Positions 38,651 to 48,723 of a DNA stretch of 64,000 bases are shown here, one piece after another. How positions within the stretch are numbered: the first letter of the stretch is position 1; each line of letters starts with the position of its first letter. The translations under genes and the position numbers were made by a program. Location: positions 1-64,000 of the forward strand of contig JBGCDR010000060.1 of the NCBI GenBank assembly GCA_045105515.1. The letters run 5' to 3'. The notes beneath the pieces are model-generated. The model had not been told where the DNA came from, did not search any database, and saw only the letters and a program-made list of their open reading frames with translations. This DNA is from Oligoflexales bacterium. GTDB taxonomy: Bacteria > Bdellovibrionota_B > Oligoflexia > Oligoflexales > Bog-1112.

Positions 38651-40045
38651 ATGCCGGAATTTGACAATACTATTCTACCCTTATTAGCATCTCCAAAAAC
38701 TGGGGGAGACCTTAAATTAGAGGGCTCCCAACTCACTAGCAACGACAAGGCAGATGCATACCCTTTTTGTAATAACATTCCATGGCTTTTCCTCAACCCT
38801 GCACATTCTTGGACGGAATGGGGAGCCAGAATTTCACAGTCTTTCAAAAGCATTGAAACTGAAATTGGTGAACTAACGCAAAGCATAGCTGACAAGAAAG
38901 TCATAAGCAGTACAAAGAACCGCCTCAAAAAAGTTCTCCAAGGAAAAAATGAGCAACTAAAAAGTCTTAAAAATCTGCTCAAACCAATTCTTAGCTCATC
39001 TCCACTTCAAGATGTAAATCTTGCGAATGCTTTTTGGGGAAAGTTCCCTGTTCAACAACAGCTTCTTAGCTATGAGCGCAATATTTTTAGAGACTGGGCT
39101 TGGGATGCTGAGGAAAATGAAAAAACCCTACAACTTTTAAATAAGGTTTGGGAAAACAAAAAACAGGATCTAGGTAAAACCCTTTTTATTGGTGCTGGTA
39201 GCTGCCGCTTTCCGATTGATTTACACCGCTTACTTAAACCTGAGCTGAGTATAGCATGTGATTTGAACCCTTATCTCTTGCTTGTGGCTGAAAAAATACT
39301 TGCAAGGCAGGAAAGCAAATTCTTTGAATTTCCCCATCCAGCTGTGGATATTGACCAAGTCTGTGTAAAGCACACTCTCACGGATCAGGGACCACCTTTG
39401 GATAACTTTCATTTGGTATTTTGCGATATACTAAAACACCCATTTAAACCAGCTCAATTCGACACCATCATAACTCCTTGGTTCATAGATATTGTTCAAG
39501 TTGATTTTAAAATACTGGCAAAGATAATTAATCAGCTATTAAGACCAGGCGGCAATTGGCTTAATCTTAGTCCTTTATTGTTTGACCATTGCTCATCTCA
39601 AACCCGCTATACTCTTGAGGAAGTGAAACATATCTCTATGAAATCAGGATTGCAAATTGAATTCCAAGAGTTCGCAGATCTTCCTTATCTCAATTCTCCT
39701 CATAGCAGCCATAGACGAAATGAAAGAGTCTATGCTTGGCAGGCAACTAAAGATAAAGAGAGTCCCTTACTTGAAATCAAGAGCCAAAGCCATCTACCTT
39801 CATGGCTATTAAATCCAGAAGAGCCAATTCCATCTTTGGACTTTTTCAATGCCTTCAAAGGAACTCATCAGACCTATTTTGAAACAGTCTCTATGGTAGA
39901 TGGCAAAACTTCTTTAGCGGCTGTAGCAAAAAAACTGGCTAATAACCACAAAATGCCTGTAGAAACAATGCAAGCTTCAGTCTACCGATTTTTTCATACA
40001 ATTTTTGAACAACACAAAGACAGCATGTTCAGAGGCTTAAGTTAG
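38651..40045 (+). CDS. SAM-dependent methyltransferase (N2227/carnosine N-methyltransferase-like) with Trm112-like N-terminus and C-terminal winged helix
   Basis: LLASPKTGGDL...YPFCNNIP (Trm112-like); FRDWAW; LFIGAGSCR; FDTIITPWFID; LLRPGGNWLN; VDGKTSL..VAKKL tail. Confidence 0.75.
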   Translation: MPEFDNTILPLLASPKTGGDLKLEGSQLTSNDKADAYPFCNNIPWLFLNPAHSWTEWGARISQSFKSIETEIGELTQSIADKKVISSTKNRLKKVLQGKNEQLKSLKNLLKPILSSSPLQDVNLANAFWGKFPVQQQLLSYERNIFRDWAWDAEENEKTLQLLNKVWENKKQDLGKTLFIGAGSCRFPIDLHRLLKPELSIACDLNPYLLLVAEKILARQESKFFEFPHPAVDIDQVCVKHTLTDQGPPLDNFHLVFCDILKHPFKPAQFDTIITPWFIDIVQVDFKILAKIINQLLRPGGNWLNLSPLLFDHCSSQTRYTLEEVKHISMKSGLQIEFQEFADLPYLNSPHSSHRRNERVYAWQATKDKESPLLEIKSQSHLPSWLLNPEEPIPSLDFFNAFKGTHQTYFETVSMVDGKTSLAAVAKKLANNHKMPVETMQASVYRFFHTIFEQHKDSMFRGLS

Positions 40046-40062
40046 TCGTTTGGAGCAAGAAA

Positions 40063-40884
40063 TTACAAGGAATGTAGCAGAATTTTCAAAATCTCAAGCT
40101 TAGATTTTAACCAGTGAGTCAGTGCATTACTAAGCTTAGGGTTTAGCAACAGAACGATAATAACGATGCATAAGCTAAAAACTGCTGCTACTAAAAATCC
40201 ATAAAAAGATGTTTTCAAAACATCCATTTGCCTATCACGTTCAATGCCCCCAATTAAACCACTAAGATCGGTGGCATCAGCATCATTTACTTGTGGAAAG
40301 GGATAAACGTCCAAATTGCTAATTGCTTTGCGAGGATCTGGAGGTAAGTTAGGGACATTGTTTTTTATCAGTTTTATAGCCTTGCCATAATGTTCCTCGA
40401 CAAAATCTCTCGAGTGGCCCATAACTTGGGCGATCTCGCTAAAAGTAAACTTAATACGCAGGTGAAGGATCACAATCTCCCTACCATGACCTTCGCATGT
40501 GGAAATAGCCTGGTTCAAATGGCTGTATGCCTTAGCCCTCTTGAGGGCCTTACGGTCGGATTCCGGGTTACGCAAAACATGAATTAAGGAGGGATGCTCC
40601 AACTTAGTCACATCGGCATTCCAAACCTTTATCATCAGGTTTCTCGCCTTAAGGTACAATGCTAGCCTTAACTTATTCAATTGTTGCCAAACTTCTTCAG
40701 AATTTAGCATTTGATTTAAAACCTGTTCGACCACACTGATAGAGCGATTTTGGTCTCCAGTCATCCTAATCAAAAAGTCATAGAGGTATGATTTCTCTAT
40801 GTCCAATATCTCAGGTAACTTGCTTTTTTGCCCTTGCGTATAAGATTCAAAAAGTTCATTTTGGTAGAGAATATCTAAAGCCAT
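40063..40884 (-). CDS. ECF sigma-factor-like protein with C-terminal transmembrane helix
   Basis: Region 2-like LYDFLIRMTGD, region 4 REIVILHL...FTFSEIAQVMG HTH, and a hydrophobic helix near the C-terminus. Confidence 0.6.
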   Translation of the reverse strand: MALDILYQNELFESYTQGQKSKLPEILDIEKSYLYDFLIRMTGDQNRSISVVEQVLNQMLNSEEVWQQLNKLRLALYLKARNLMIKVWNADVTKLEHPSLIHVLRNPESDRKALKRAKAYSHLNQAISTCEGHGREIVILHLRIKFTFSEIAQVMGHSRDFVEEHYGKAIKLIKNNVPNLPPDPRKAISNLDVYPFPQVNDADATDLSGLIGGIERDRQMDVLKTSFYGFLVAAVFSLCIVIIVLLLNPKLSNALTHWLKSKLEILKILLHSL

Positions 40885-40938
40885 GATTCATCCTATTTTC
40901 GAATAAAAACCCTCCGAGCCTTAACTTTGCTAAGCCAA

Positions 40939-41439
40939 CTAGTGCTTGCCAGCATTGCGTTTCTTCAGGTCTTTTTTCAAAGCTAAGCGAGCATCTCGAC
41001 GTTTCAAAGCAGCCTCGTAGCGCTTTTTTTCATCAGTTGTAGTTGGCTCAACAGGTGGTATAGGAGTAGGTCTACCATTGCTATCTAGTGCAACCATAGT
41101 TACATATGCGCTAGCGGTATGGTGGTATTCATTGGTGAGTGGATTCTCCGCTGAAATTCTTACTCCTATTTCACAACTGGTTTGAGAAGCGAAGTTGACT
41201 GATGCTTTTATATTGACGATCCATCCAAGGCGTATCGGTGCAAGAAAGTGCATGGCATCAATTGAAGCTGTAACAACGGACTTTAAGGTATGTCTTTGAG
41301 CACAGATTGCGGCTGCAATGTCTACCCAAGACAGGACAACACCACCAAAAATAGTTCCTAAAGCATTGGTATGCTGAGGAAGCACTAGCTCCGTCATTTC
41401 AACCAGCGAATTATTGGGTGGTTTCCCTTCTAACGCCAA
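40939..41439 (-). CDS. Acyl-CoA thioesterase (YciA/hotdog fold)
   Basis: VLPQHTNALGTIFGG..LSWVD, VVTASID..HFLAPI, VALD..GRP. Confidence 0.92.
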   Translation of the reverse strand: MALEGKPPNNSLVEMTELVLPQHTNALGTIFGGVVLSWVDIAAAICAQRHTLKSVVTASIDAMHFLAPIRLGWIVNIKASVNFASQTSCEIGVRISAENPLTNEYHHTASAYVTMVALDSNGRPTPIPPVEPTTTDEKKRYEAALKRRDARLALKKDLKKRNAGKH

Positions 41440-41537
41440 AAGTTTTTCCTTTCACAACTGTCATAGGAGTAAAACCCACCTATCCTATCAGGCACAGGCT
41501 TCAGTCCTTCTCCTAAAGAGAGGCTTAGTAAGTTGAG

Positions 41538-42584
41538 TCAAGTTCTGGCCAACACCTCACCCACCCCTAAATTCGCTTTATTACTGACGACCATCACCAA
41601 GTTTTTCCCAAGGCGCTTGCTTTGATACATAGTTTCATCAGCGAGCCTCAATAGTTTCTCTTTACTTCTTCCATGTTCAGGATAGCAGGCAACTCCTAAA
41701 GAACAAGTCAGTCTGATACGATGGCCATCCAATTCAAATATATTTTCGGCTATACGATTGCGGATACGTTCTGCGACTGCAACTCCAACATGAGTGTTAG
41801 TGCCCAAGAGCAAAATAACATACTCATCGCCTCCATACCTTATTATAGTATCAACTTCTCTCAGCTCTTCTTTCAGAATTTTTGCAAACTGTTTCAAGAC
41901 ACCACTACCGACTAAATGCCCAAAACGATCATTCACTTTTTTAAAATCATCAAGATCAATGAATAATAAACTAAAACTATTTTGGTACCGGCTTGCTCGT
42001 CTCAACTCGCTATCAAGGGCAACGTCTAGGTATCTGTAATTAAAAAGTCCCGTTAATTCATCTAAGTACAGCAAAGCTTGTGTTTGGTCTAACTTCCGAT
42101 ACCAAGCTGCTTCATTTTGCAGGAGTTGGATTAAGCAATCGAATTGATCTGGATTTTCACATTGCTCAGCTTCCCACAAACACAACCAGGAGTCTTGCCT
42201 TGGATTACCCAAGCAAACCCATTGCAAAGGTATATCTTTAAAACTAAGGTTCATACAACTGCTAGAAAATTCATCCTTACCAATTGCTATGCTCAGCAGT
42301 TCCTGAACACCCAATAAAAAATCCTGATCGAACTCACTTTGAGGCAAGGGGGAGCTAGCTCCAAAATTAACCGGTGCAAATGAATACCGGCCCCCCCGCA
42401 TACTAACTCTAAAACAAATATATTTTTTTACAGAATAAATCTCTCGCAGCTTTGCTAGAAAACATTTTATCAAACCAGAAATATTGTTTTCTGAACAAAA
42501 ATCACGAAAAATATCGCTGACAAACATATAAGTTTTTCCATCTTGTTGCAGCCTGCTAAAAGATGCTGCGGTAGGTTTTTCCAT
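41538..42584 (-). CDS. Diguanylate cyclase (GGDEF domain, GGDEY variant)
   Basis: DELTGLFN, DLDDFKKVNDRFGHLVG, REVD I-site, RYGGDEY, ADETMY..K..GKN. Confidence 0.9.
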   Translation of the reverse strand: MEKPTAASFSRLQQDGKTYMFVSDIFRDFCSENNISGLIKCFLAKLREIYSVKKYICFRVSMRGGRYSFAPVNFGASSPLPQSEFDQDFLLGVQELLSIAIGKDEFSSSCMNLSFKDIPLQWVCLGNPRQDSWLCLWEAEQCENPDQFDCLIQLLQNEAAWYRKLDQTQALLYLDELTGLFNYRYLDVALDSELRRASRYQNSFSLLFIDLDDFKKVNDRFGHLVGSGVLKQFAKILKEELREVDTIIRYGGDEYVILLLGTNTHVGVAVAERIRNRIAENIFELDGHRIRLTCSLGVACYPEHGRSKEKLLRLADETMYQSKRLGKNLVMVVSNKANLGVGEVLART

Positions 42585-42596
42585 TTAACCCCCATA

Positions 42597-43475
42597 TTAA
42601 AAATAGAAAAAAAGCTCCTGGACTTGACGACTTAAAAACATATGTAGGAGAGCCCCAACCGCTAAAAAAGGTCCAAAAGGAATCTCAGATTTTAAGTTCA
42701 AACGCTTTTTTAATATCATAGCACTTACCCCGAAAAGTGACCCTAAAATAGAACCATAAAAGAATGTCGGGAAAATGGCTTGATAGCCTAACCAGCCACC
42801 TATAGCCGCAAGCAGCTTAGCATCCCCCATTCCAATCCCAGTTTCACCGCGCAGCAAATAATAGATCCGGTTGATCAAGATTACTGAGCCTCCTCCCAAT
42901 AAGACTCCAATAAGTCCACTTTTCCAGTCTAATTCGGGGTGAAGCCAAATGATAAGTGGAGTCAATAAGATCATGGGTATGCTAATTACATCGGGAATAA
43001 TTTTATGGTCTATATCGATAAAAGAACAAATCAAAAGCAAGGAAGTAAAAGAAAAAGCATGCAGAAATCTAAGTAAATTATTAAAATCGACAACCCTAAT
43101 TAGAGGAAAGTCGGACAAAAACGAAAACTTCCAGTAAATAAGACACAAACTCAAACCTGTAAGAAACTCTACTAATGGATAGCGAAGGGAAATCCGCATT
43201 TTACAGCAGTGAGCCCTTCCTCTTAGCCATAAATAACTAAAAATCGGAATGTTGTGCCAAGATGGAATGAGTGCGCCACAGCCAGGGCAATGAGATCTCC
43301 GAGAGTCCCAGAAACTCTCCCTGGGAATGCGATAGATACAAACATTATAAAAACTTCCTAATAGTAGACCTATTGTTCCAAGAATCCAGGAGATTGGTTG
43401 CATTAGATAAGCCTTAAATTGCCAAAGCATGATTTCACTCAAAGATTCTATCCTTTCCCAAGTACAATTTCTCAA
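42597..43475 (-). CDS. pilD: Type IV prepilin peptidase/N-methyltransferase
   Basis: GSFYNVCIYRIP, SHCPGC, LRGRAHCC, RYPLVE, DIDHKIIPD, GMGDAKL, IPFGPFL. Start uncertain. Confidence 0.93.
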   Translation of the reverse strand: MRNCTWERIESLSEIMLWQFKAYLMQPISWILGTIGLLLGSFYNVCIYRIPRESFWDSRRSHCPGCGALIPSWHNIPIFSYLWLRGRAHCCKMRISLRYPLVEFLTGLSLCLIYWKFSFLSDFPLIRVVDFNNLLRFLHAFSFTSLLLICSFIDIDHKIIPDVISIPMILLTPLIIWLHPELDWKSGLIGVLLGGGSVILINRIYYLLRGETGIGMGDAKLLAAIGGWLGYQAIFPTFFYGSILGSLFGVSAMILKKRLNLKSEIPFGPFLAVGALLHMFLSRQVQELFFYF

Positions 43476-43530
43476 TTAAAAACAGGAATACTCATGAAGG
43501 TAACGAAACCAAACAAGAGATGCCAAGTTT

Positions 43531-46002
43531 ATGACGCAAGATTCAATTTATAATAAATTAGACTGGAACCTCCTCATTGAAAAGCTGGCAAACTTTTGCC
43601 AAACCCAGGAAGGCCTTGAAAACACAAAGGAATATACTCCCAGTCTCAATCGAGAACAAATAACTTCGCGATGGTCTCGCGTCAGTCCCTTGAGAGAGCT
43701 TTTCTCTCAAGGATATCTAGCACCTATTGGGGAACTACGTCCAATTAGATCTTTAATAAAATCTGCGCAAGTAGGCCAGATTCTCGAGGGGAAGGATTTA
43801 AGGGAACTGTTCGACCTGCTCCAGGCGGTATCTAGAGTCCATCAATTTGCCAATGATTTTACGCCGCGCTGCTTAAGCTTGGATAGCTTCAAAAACTCTT
43901 TGCAACCTCTTGCCACTGTTCAAAAATCAATTGAAAAAGCGATCGATAAAGACGGTCAAGTTCTCGACAGCGCTTCAAGCGAACTTTCTAGTATACGCAA
44001 GCAAAAAACAAGCCTTGGTAGAAAGATCGAACAAAAGCTGAAATCTCTATTACATGACCAAAATTGGGAACTATATATACAGGACGACTTTTACACCATT
44101 CGTTCCGAAAGATATGTTCTACCGATAAAACTAGATGGACGAGGTCGAGTATCAGGAAATATCATAGATACTTCAGATAGCGGACAGACTCTATATATCG
44201 AACCTCTAGCAATTGCGGAGCTAAATCAAACACGCCAAGACTTAGAATTATCAGAAAAACTCGAAATGCTGCGCATTCTGAGAAGTCTAACCCAAAGTGT
44301 GGCCATGAATGCAGAAACCTTTGCCAATAATTATGAGCAGCTCATACTGCTTGATCAACTTTCGGCTGAAGCACGCTTTGCCTTTGAGCTAGGAGCTAGG
44401 TCGATAAACCTTTCCAGCAAACCCAAGGTTAAGTTGCTAAAAGCAAGACATCCGCTAATAACGGGTCCTCAAGGGCAAGCTCCTGTACCAAACCATATAG
44501 AACTAAGCCAGGAGCAAAGCGCCCTAATAATTTCTGGTCCTAATGCAGGTGGAAAAACGGTAGTTTTGAAAACTTTAGGTATGCTCTTGTTGATGGCCAA
44601 AACTGGCTTACTTATTCCAGCAGAAGAAGAATCAGAACTGTATCTATTTGAAAACTTATATATTGAAATGGGAGACTCTCAATCTCTTACAGCAAATCTT
44701 TCAACCTTTTCTGGGCATATTCAGGGATTGATGCCAATCATAAATCACGCAGGGCCTACTGACTTGGTACTCTTGGATGAGCTTGCAGTAGGAACAGAGC
44801 CAGCCACCGGTGCCGCAATCGCACAAGCAGTCATTGAACGCCTAGTCCAAAGAGAAACGACCCTTCTAGTCACAACTCACTACGATAACCTCAAAGGCTT
44901 AGCTCTTAAAAATAAAAAGTTCCGCAATGCATCTATGGAGTATTCCTTAAGCAACTTCAAGCCAACCTATCAATTGATTCTTGATATACCAGGTCAAAGT
45001 TATGGACTAGAGCTGGCTCAACAGATTGGAGTTCCAGAGCAAATTATCAAGAGAGCTATAGAGCTTCGTGGCAGCTCAGTCTCAGACCTGGATGAGGCGA
45101 TCAATCAGCTTATGAAGGCACGCGAAGAATCCCAAAAAACCAAGGCGCAGTTCGAGTCAAAAATCGATGAGGCTGAAGCATCAAAAGCCCGCTGGAGCCA
45201 TGAAGTAACGCTTATCGAAGAAACTAGGCAAAATGCCGCTAAAAGCCTAAAAACAAAGTATGATAAGGAGCTGGCTGAGATCAGAGAGCGATTTGAATTA
45301 ACTATTAAGGATATGCGACTTGAGCTTAAACAACTAAGATCCGGGTCAAATATCAATACCGACAAACAACTCGAAGAACTTGCAGCACATAAGAAGCAAG
45401 CAAAGGCCCAAATAGAAACTTACCAGCGCACAATTGGCGACTTAAATCAGCACCAAAAAAGTCTTAAATTACCTGGCAAAGTCGTTGAATTTAATGAGTT
45501 AGGGATTGGAGATCATGTGTTCATTGTGCCATTAGGGCAACAAGGCAAGGTTGTCAGGCTTAACCCCAACCAAAGTGAAAAAGTCGAGGTGGAAGCTGGA
45601 TTATTGAGCCTCAAAGCTGATTTCAAAGACCTTAGAAAAATATCAGGGAATAAGCCTCTACAAGCCAAAAAAAACCAACAAAGAAGTGGCTCAAAAAAGA
45701 AGCGAGTAACCAGTGGAGCCGGACGTGAGGGACCAGAGTTGGTGATCCAAACCAGCACCAACACTATAGATTTAAGAGGCTGCCAACTGGAAGATGCATT
45801 GCAAAAAACTTGGCGATTCATAGATGCTGCAGTTCTAAGAGGAGAAAAGCAAGTTATTCTAATACATGGCCATGGCACTGACTCTCTAAAACAAGGAATT
45901 CGAAATGCATTAAATAATGAGAGGCCTTACGAGCTCAAATTTCAGGCAGGTGATAGATATTGTGGTGGTGATGGCGTTACGGTAGTATACTTTGAAGATT
46001 AA
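43531..46002 (+). CDS. mutS2: MutS2 ATPase/endonuclease with Smr domain
   Basis: ARHPL, SGPNAGGKT, LSTFSGH, LLDELAVGTEP, TTHY, coiled coil, KOW-like region, IDLRG...IHGHGT...GGDGVT (Smr). Confidence 0.93.
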   Translation: MTQDSIYNKLDWNLLIEKLANFCQTQEGLENTKEYTPSLNREQITSRWSRVSPLRELFSQGYLAPIGELRPIRSLIKSAQVGQILEGKDLRELFDLLQAVSRVHQFANDFTPRCLSLDSFKNSLQPLATVQKSIEKAIDKDGQVLDSASSELSSIRKQKTSLGRKIEQKLKSLLHDQNWELYIQDDFYTIRSERYVLPIKLDGRGRVSGNIIDTSDSGQTLYIEPLAIAELNQTRQDLELSEKLEMLRILRSLTQSVAMNAETFANNYEQLILLDQLSAEARFAFELGARSINLSSKPKVKLLKARHPLITGPQGQAPVPNHIELSQEQSALIISGPNAGGKTVVLKTLGMLLLMAKTGLLIPAEEESELYLFENLYIEMGDSQSLTANLSTFSGHIQGLMPIINHAGPTDLVLLDELAVGTEPATGAAIAQAVIERLVQRETTLLVTTHYDNLKGLALKNKKFRNASMEYSLSNFKPTYQLILDIPGQSYGLELAQQIGVPEQIIKRAIELRGSSVSDLDEAINQLMKAREESQKTKAQFESKIDEAEASKARWSHEVTLIEETRQNAAKSLKTKYDKELAEIRERFELTIKDMRLELKQLRSGSNINTDKQLEELAAHKKQAKAQIETYQRTIGDLNQHQKSLKLPGKVVEFNELGIGDHVFIVPLGQQGKVVRLNPNQSEKVEVEAGLLSLKADFKDLRKISGNKPLQAKKNQQRSGSKKKRVTSGAGREGPELVIQTSTNTIDLRGCQLEDALQKTWRFIDAAVLRGEKQVILIHGHGTDSLKQGIRNALNNERPYELKFQAGDRYCGGDGVTVVYFED

Positions 46003-46090
46003 TGAAGAAAAAATAGTCCTTTAGCTAAAAGCCAAGGCCCAGTGCTTACCCAGTTGTTTTCTCCGCGCTTCTTTTGACTAGAGGAAAGCC

Positions 46091-46225
46091 AGTGGTATAT
46101 TAACCGTGGCTTAGACCAAGGGCTCCGAGCAAGATCTAAATTGTAGCTGTTACCTTCCGATACTCTGATCAAGCTGGGAGGGTTTAAATGACCCACTCGT
46201 AACTCATCCACAATGTATATCCATC
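46091..46225 (-). ncRNA. ffs: Signal recognition particle RNA (4.5S-type), divergent helix 8
   Basis: Minus strand UCAGAG-UAUC-GGAA-GGUA-ACAGC at the apex of a long rod (CGAGUGGGUC/GAUCUUGCUCG; AUUGUGG/CCACGGU); upstream TGnTATCCT extended -10. Confidence 0.7.
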
Positions 46226-46308
46226 GTCAGGATAACATAGGTGAGGACACGCGCTTATGGTGGAGAAAGGCTATTAAGGCGAGCACGCAAATCTAATGAG
46301 GTTATAAG

Positions 46309-48723
46309 ATGCAAAATAACACAGTTCCTCTTACCCCTCTCCCGCTCCCTAAAGAAGAAATCATTAAGGATTACCGCATAGGTTTTTTAAGCAGGCAGGC
46401 GAGCTTAGTTGGCCGGAAGATAGTGCTTGGAGGTAAAGCAAAATTCGGCATTTTTGGCGATGGTAAAGAAGTTGCCCAACTTGCAATGGCTAGAGCCTTC
46501 AAAAATGGTGACTGGCGGTCGGGATACTACAGAGACCAAACCTTCATGTTAGCCATAGGGCAGTGCACAGTTAAACAATTTTTTGCCCAACTATATGCCG
46601 ATGCATCGTCTAATAATGATCCCGCGTCTGCTGGAAGGCAAATGAATAGCCACTTCTCCACATCTTACCTTGACAAGCATGGATTATGGCTTAACCAAAC
46701 CAAAACCAAAAACTCTTCTGCAGATATTTCTCCAACAGCGGGACAAATGGCTAGATTATTAGGTTTAGCTTACGCGTCAAAACTTTATCGGAAATCCAAT
46801 GCAATTAAGTCATGGACAAAAGCTAATAATTTCTCACACAAAGGAAACGAGGTTGCATTCGGCACCATAGGAAATGCCTCTACTAGTGAAGGATTATTTT
46901 GGGAAAGCCTGAATGCTGCAGGAGTGTTGCAAGTTCCGATGGCTCTTTCCATTTGGGATGACGGCTACGGTATTTCAGTACCCAATGAATATCAAACAAC
47001 GAAGGGTGATTTATCAAAAGTTTTAGTGGGTTTTGCAGATGAAGCGAAACATCCAGGAATTTCCTTGTACCAGTGTGCTGGCTTTGATTATCAAAACCTT
47101 CTCGCCACCTATTCGAAAGCGATTGAACGCTGCCGATTGACCCATACCCCTTGCATAGTTCATATAACACAGCTTACCCAGCCGCAAGGACACTCAACGA
47201 GTGGCAGCCATGAACGATACAAATCTGCTGAGCGTCTCGAATATGAACAAGAATTTGACTGCCTAGTCCATATGAAACAATGGATGATACTAAAAGAGGT
47301 TTGTACTGAGCAAGAGCTTGCCATTTTAGAGGCAGAAGTCATCGATGAAGTGGAAAATTTAAAAGATGAAGCCTGGAACGATTTTTGTAAACCAATTCAA
47401 AAGGAGAGAGATTCTGCTATAAGCCTCATTGAAAAAGCTAATCACACTTTTTCACTTCCAGACTTGGAGAAAATAGTATCCGACCTTAGTAAAATAACTT
47501 TCCCACTTAGAAAGCATATTCAATCGGCTCTATCAGATACTGTAATGCTACTCAGAAACCAAAAATCTGAAGATCTAATCCCCATCATTTCTGCTTACCG
47601 AGAGTACAAACAAGCGAATAGATCTATTTATAGCGACCATCTTTTTAGCGAAAACAATGGTTTAAGCAAGATAAATCAATATGTAAAACCTAGGTATGAT
47701 TCTAACTCCATCAATATTGACGGAAGACAAATTATCCTAAAGTACTTTGAGTATACCCTAGCTCATATGCCTCAGAGTTTCATTATCGGTGAAGATGTTG
47801 GAGTGCTTGGTGGAGTAAACCTCGAATTTGAAGGCCTCCATGCAAAGTTCGGTGAACATCAAATATCCGACACCGGCATAAGAGAAGCAACCATTTTAGG
47901 CCAAGGAATCGGCGCTGCCATGCGTGGTCTTAAACCGATCGTCGATATTCAGTATCTCGATTACCTAATCTATGCTCTCCAAGGACTAAGTGATGATCTT
48001 GCTACCCTCCATTATCGATCTGCTGGACAGCAATCAGCTCCTGTAATCATTCGTACGAAAGGACATAGACTAGAAGGAATTTGGCACACCGGCTCTCCAA
48101 TTGGAATGCTTCTTGGCTCAATAAGAGGTATTCATCTTTGTGTACCTAGAAACTGTGTACAAGCGACAGGAATGTATCAAACTTTATTAATGCAAGATGA
48201 TCCAGCCATAGTTATCGAGGTTTTAAATGGTTATCGGGTAAAGGAACAGTGCCCGAACAATATTGGTGAATATTCTATTCCACTGGGTAAGGTCGAGGTG
48301 CTTAGCGAAGGAACTGACGTAAGTATTGTAACTTACGGTGCCAATATCAGAATTGCTATGCAAGCGATGAAGAAGTTAAAACTTATAGATATTTCCATTG
48401 AACTGATAGATGTGCAAACATTGCTTCCCTTTGATCTCGACCATCAAATTGCAAATTCTTTAAAGAAAACTAATGCTGTTCTATTCTTGGATGAAGATGT
48501 ACCTGGAGGAAGCAGTGCTTATATGATGCAACAAGTTCTAGAAAACCAAGGTGCGTACGAATACCTGGATGCTCCTCCACGAACTCTGAGCGCTAAAGAT
48601 CATAGAGCAGCATATGGCTCTGATGGAGATTATTTTTCAAAACCAAATATAGAGGATATTGTGCACACTATTTATGAAATGATGCATGAACGTTTTCCAA
48701 GCAAATATCCCACTCAACTATAA
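46309..48723 (+). CDS. Fused E1 alpha/beta 2-oxoacid (2-oxoisovalerate-type) dehydrogenase, TPP-dependent
   Basis: GKAKFGIFGDGKE, SGYYRDQT, GRQMNSH, GNASTSEG, GHSTSGSHERYK, GEDVG, DTGIRE, IQYLDY, DEDVPGG. Confidence 0.9.
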   Translation: MQNNTVPLTPLPLPKEEIIKDYRIGFLSRQASLVGRKIVLGGKAKFGIFGDGKEVAQLAMARAFKNGDWRSGYYRDQTFMLAIGQCTVKQFFAQLYADASSNNDPASAGRQMNSHFSTSYLDKHGLWLNQTKTKNSSADISPTAGQMARLLGLAYASKLYRKSNAIKSWTKANNFSHKGNEVAFGTIGNASTSEGLFWESLNAAGVLQVPMALSIWDDGYGISVPNEYQTTKGDLSKVLVGFADEAKHPGISLYQCAGFDYQNLLATYSKAIERCRLTHTPCIVHITQLTQPQGHSTSGSHERYKSAERLEYEQEFDCLVHMKQWMILKEVCTEQELAILEAEVIDEVENLKDEAWNDFCKPIQKERDSAISLIEKANHTFSLPDLEKIVSDLSKITFPLRKHIQSALSDTVMLLRNQKSEDLIPIISAYREYKQANRSIYSDHLFSENNGLSKINQYVKPRYDSNSINIDGRQIILKYFEYTLAHMPQSFIIGEDVGVLGGVNLEFEGLHAKFGEHQISDTGIREATILGQGIGAAMRGLKPIVDIQYLDYLIYALQGLSDDLATLHYRSAGQQSAPVIIRTKGHRLEGIWHTGSPIGMLLGSIRGIHLCVPRNCVQATGMYQTLLMQDDPAIVIEVLNGYRVKEQCPNNIGEYSIPLGKVEVLSEGTDVSIVTYGANIRIAMQAMKKLKLIDISIELIDVQTLLPFDLDHQIANSLKKTNAVLFLDEDVPGGSSAYMMQQVLENQGAYEYLDAPPRTLSAKDHRAAYGSDGDYFSKPNIEDIVHTIYEMMHERFPSKYPTQL

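Noticed and set aside
45999..46211. 70-aa minus-strand ORF
   Set aside because: It coincides with the SRP RNA stem and has no protein motif.
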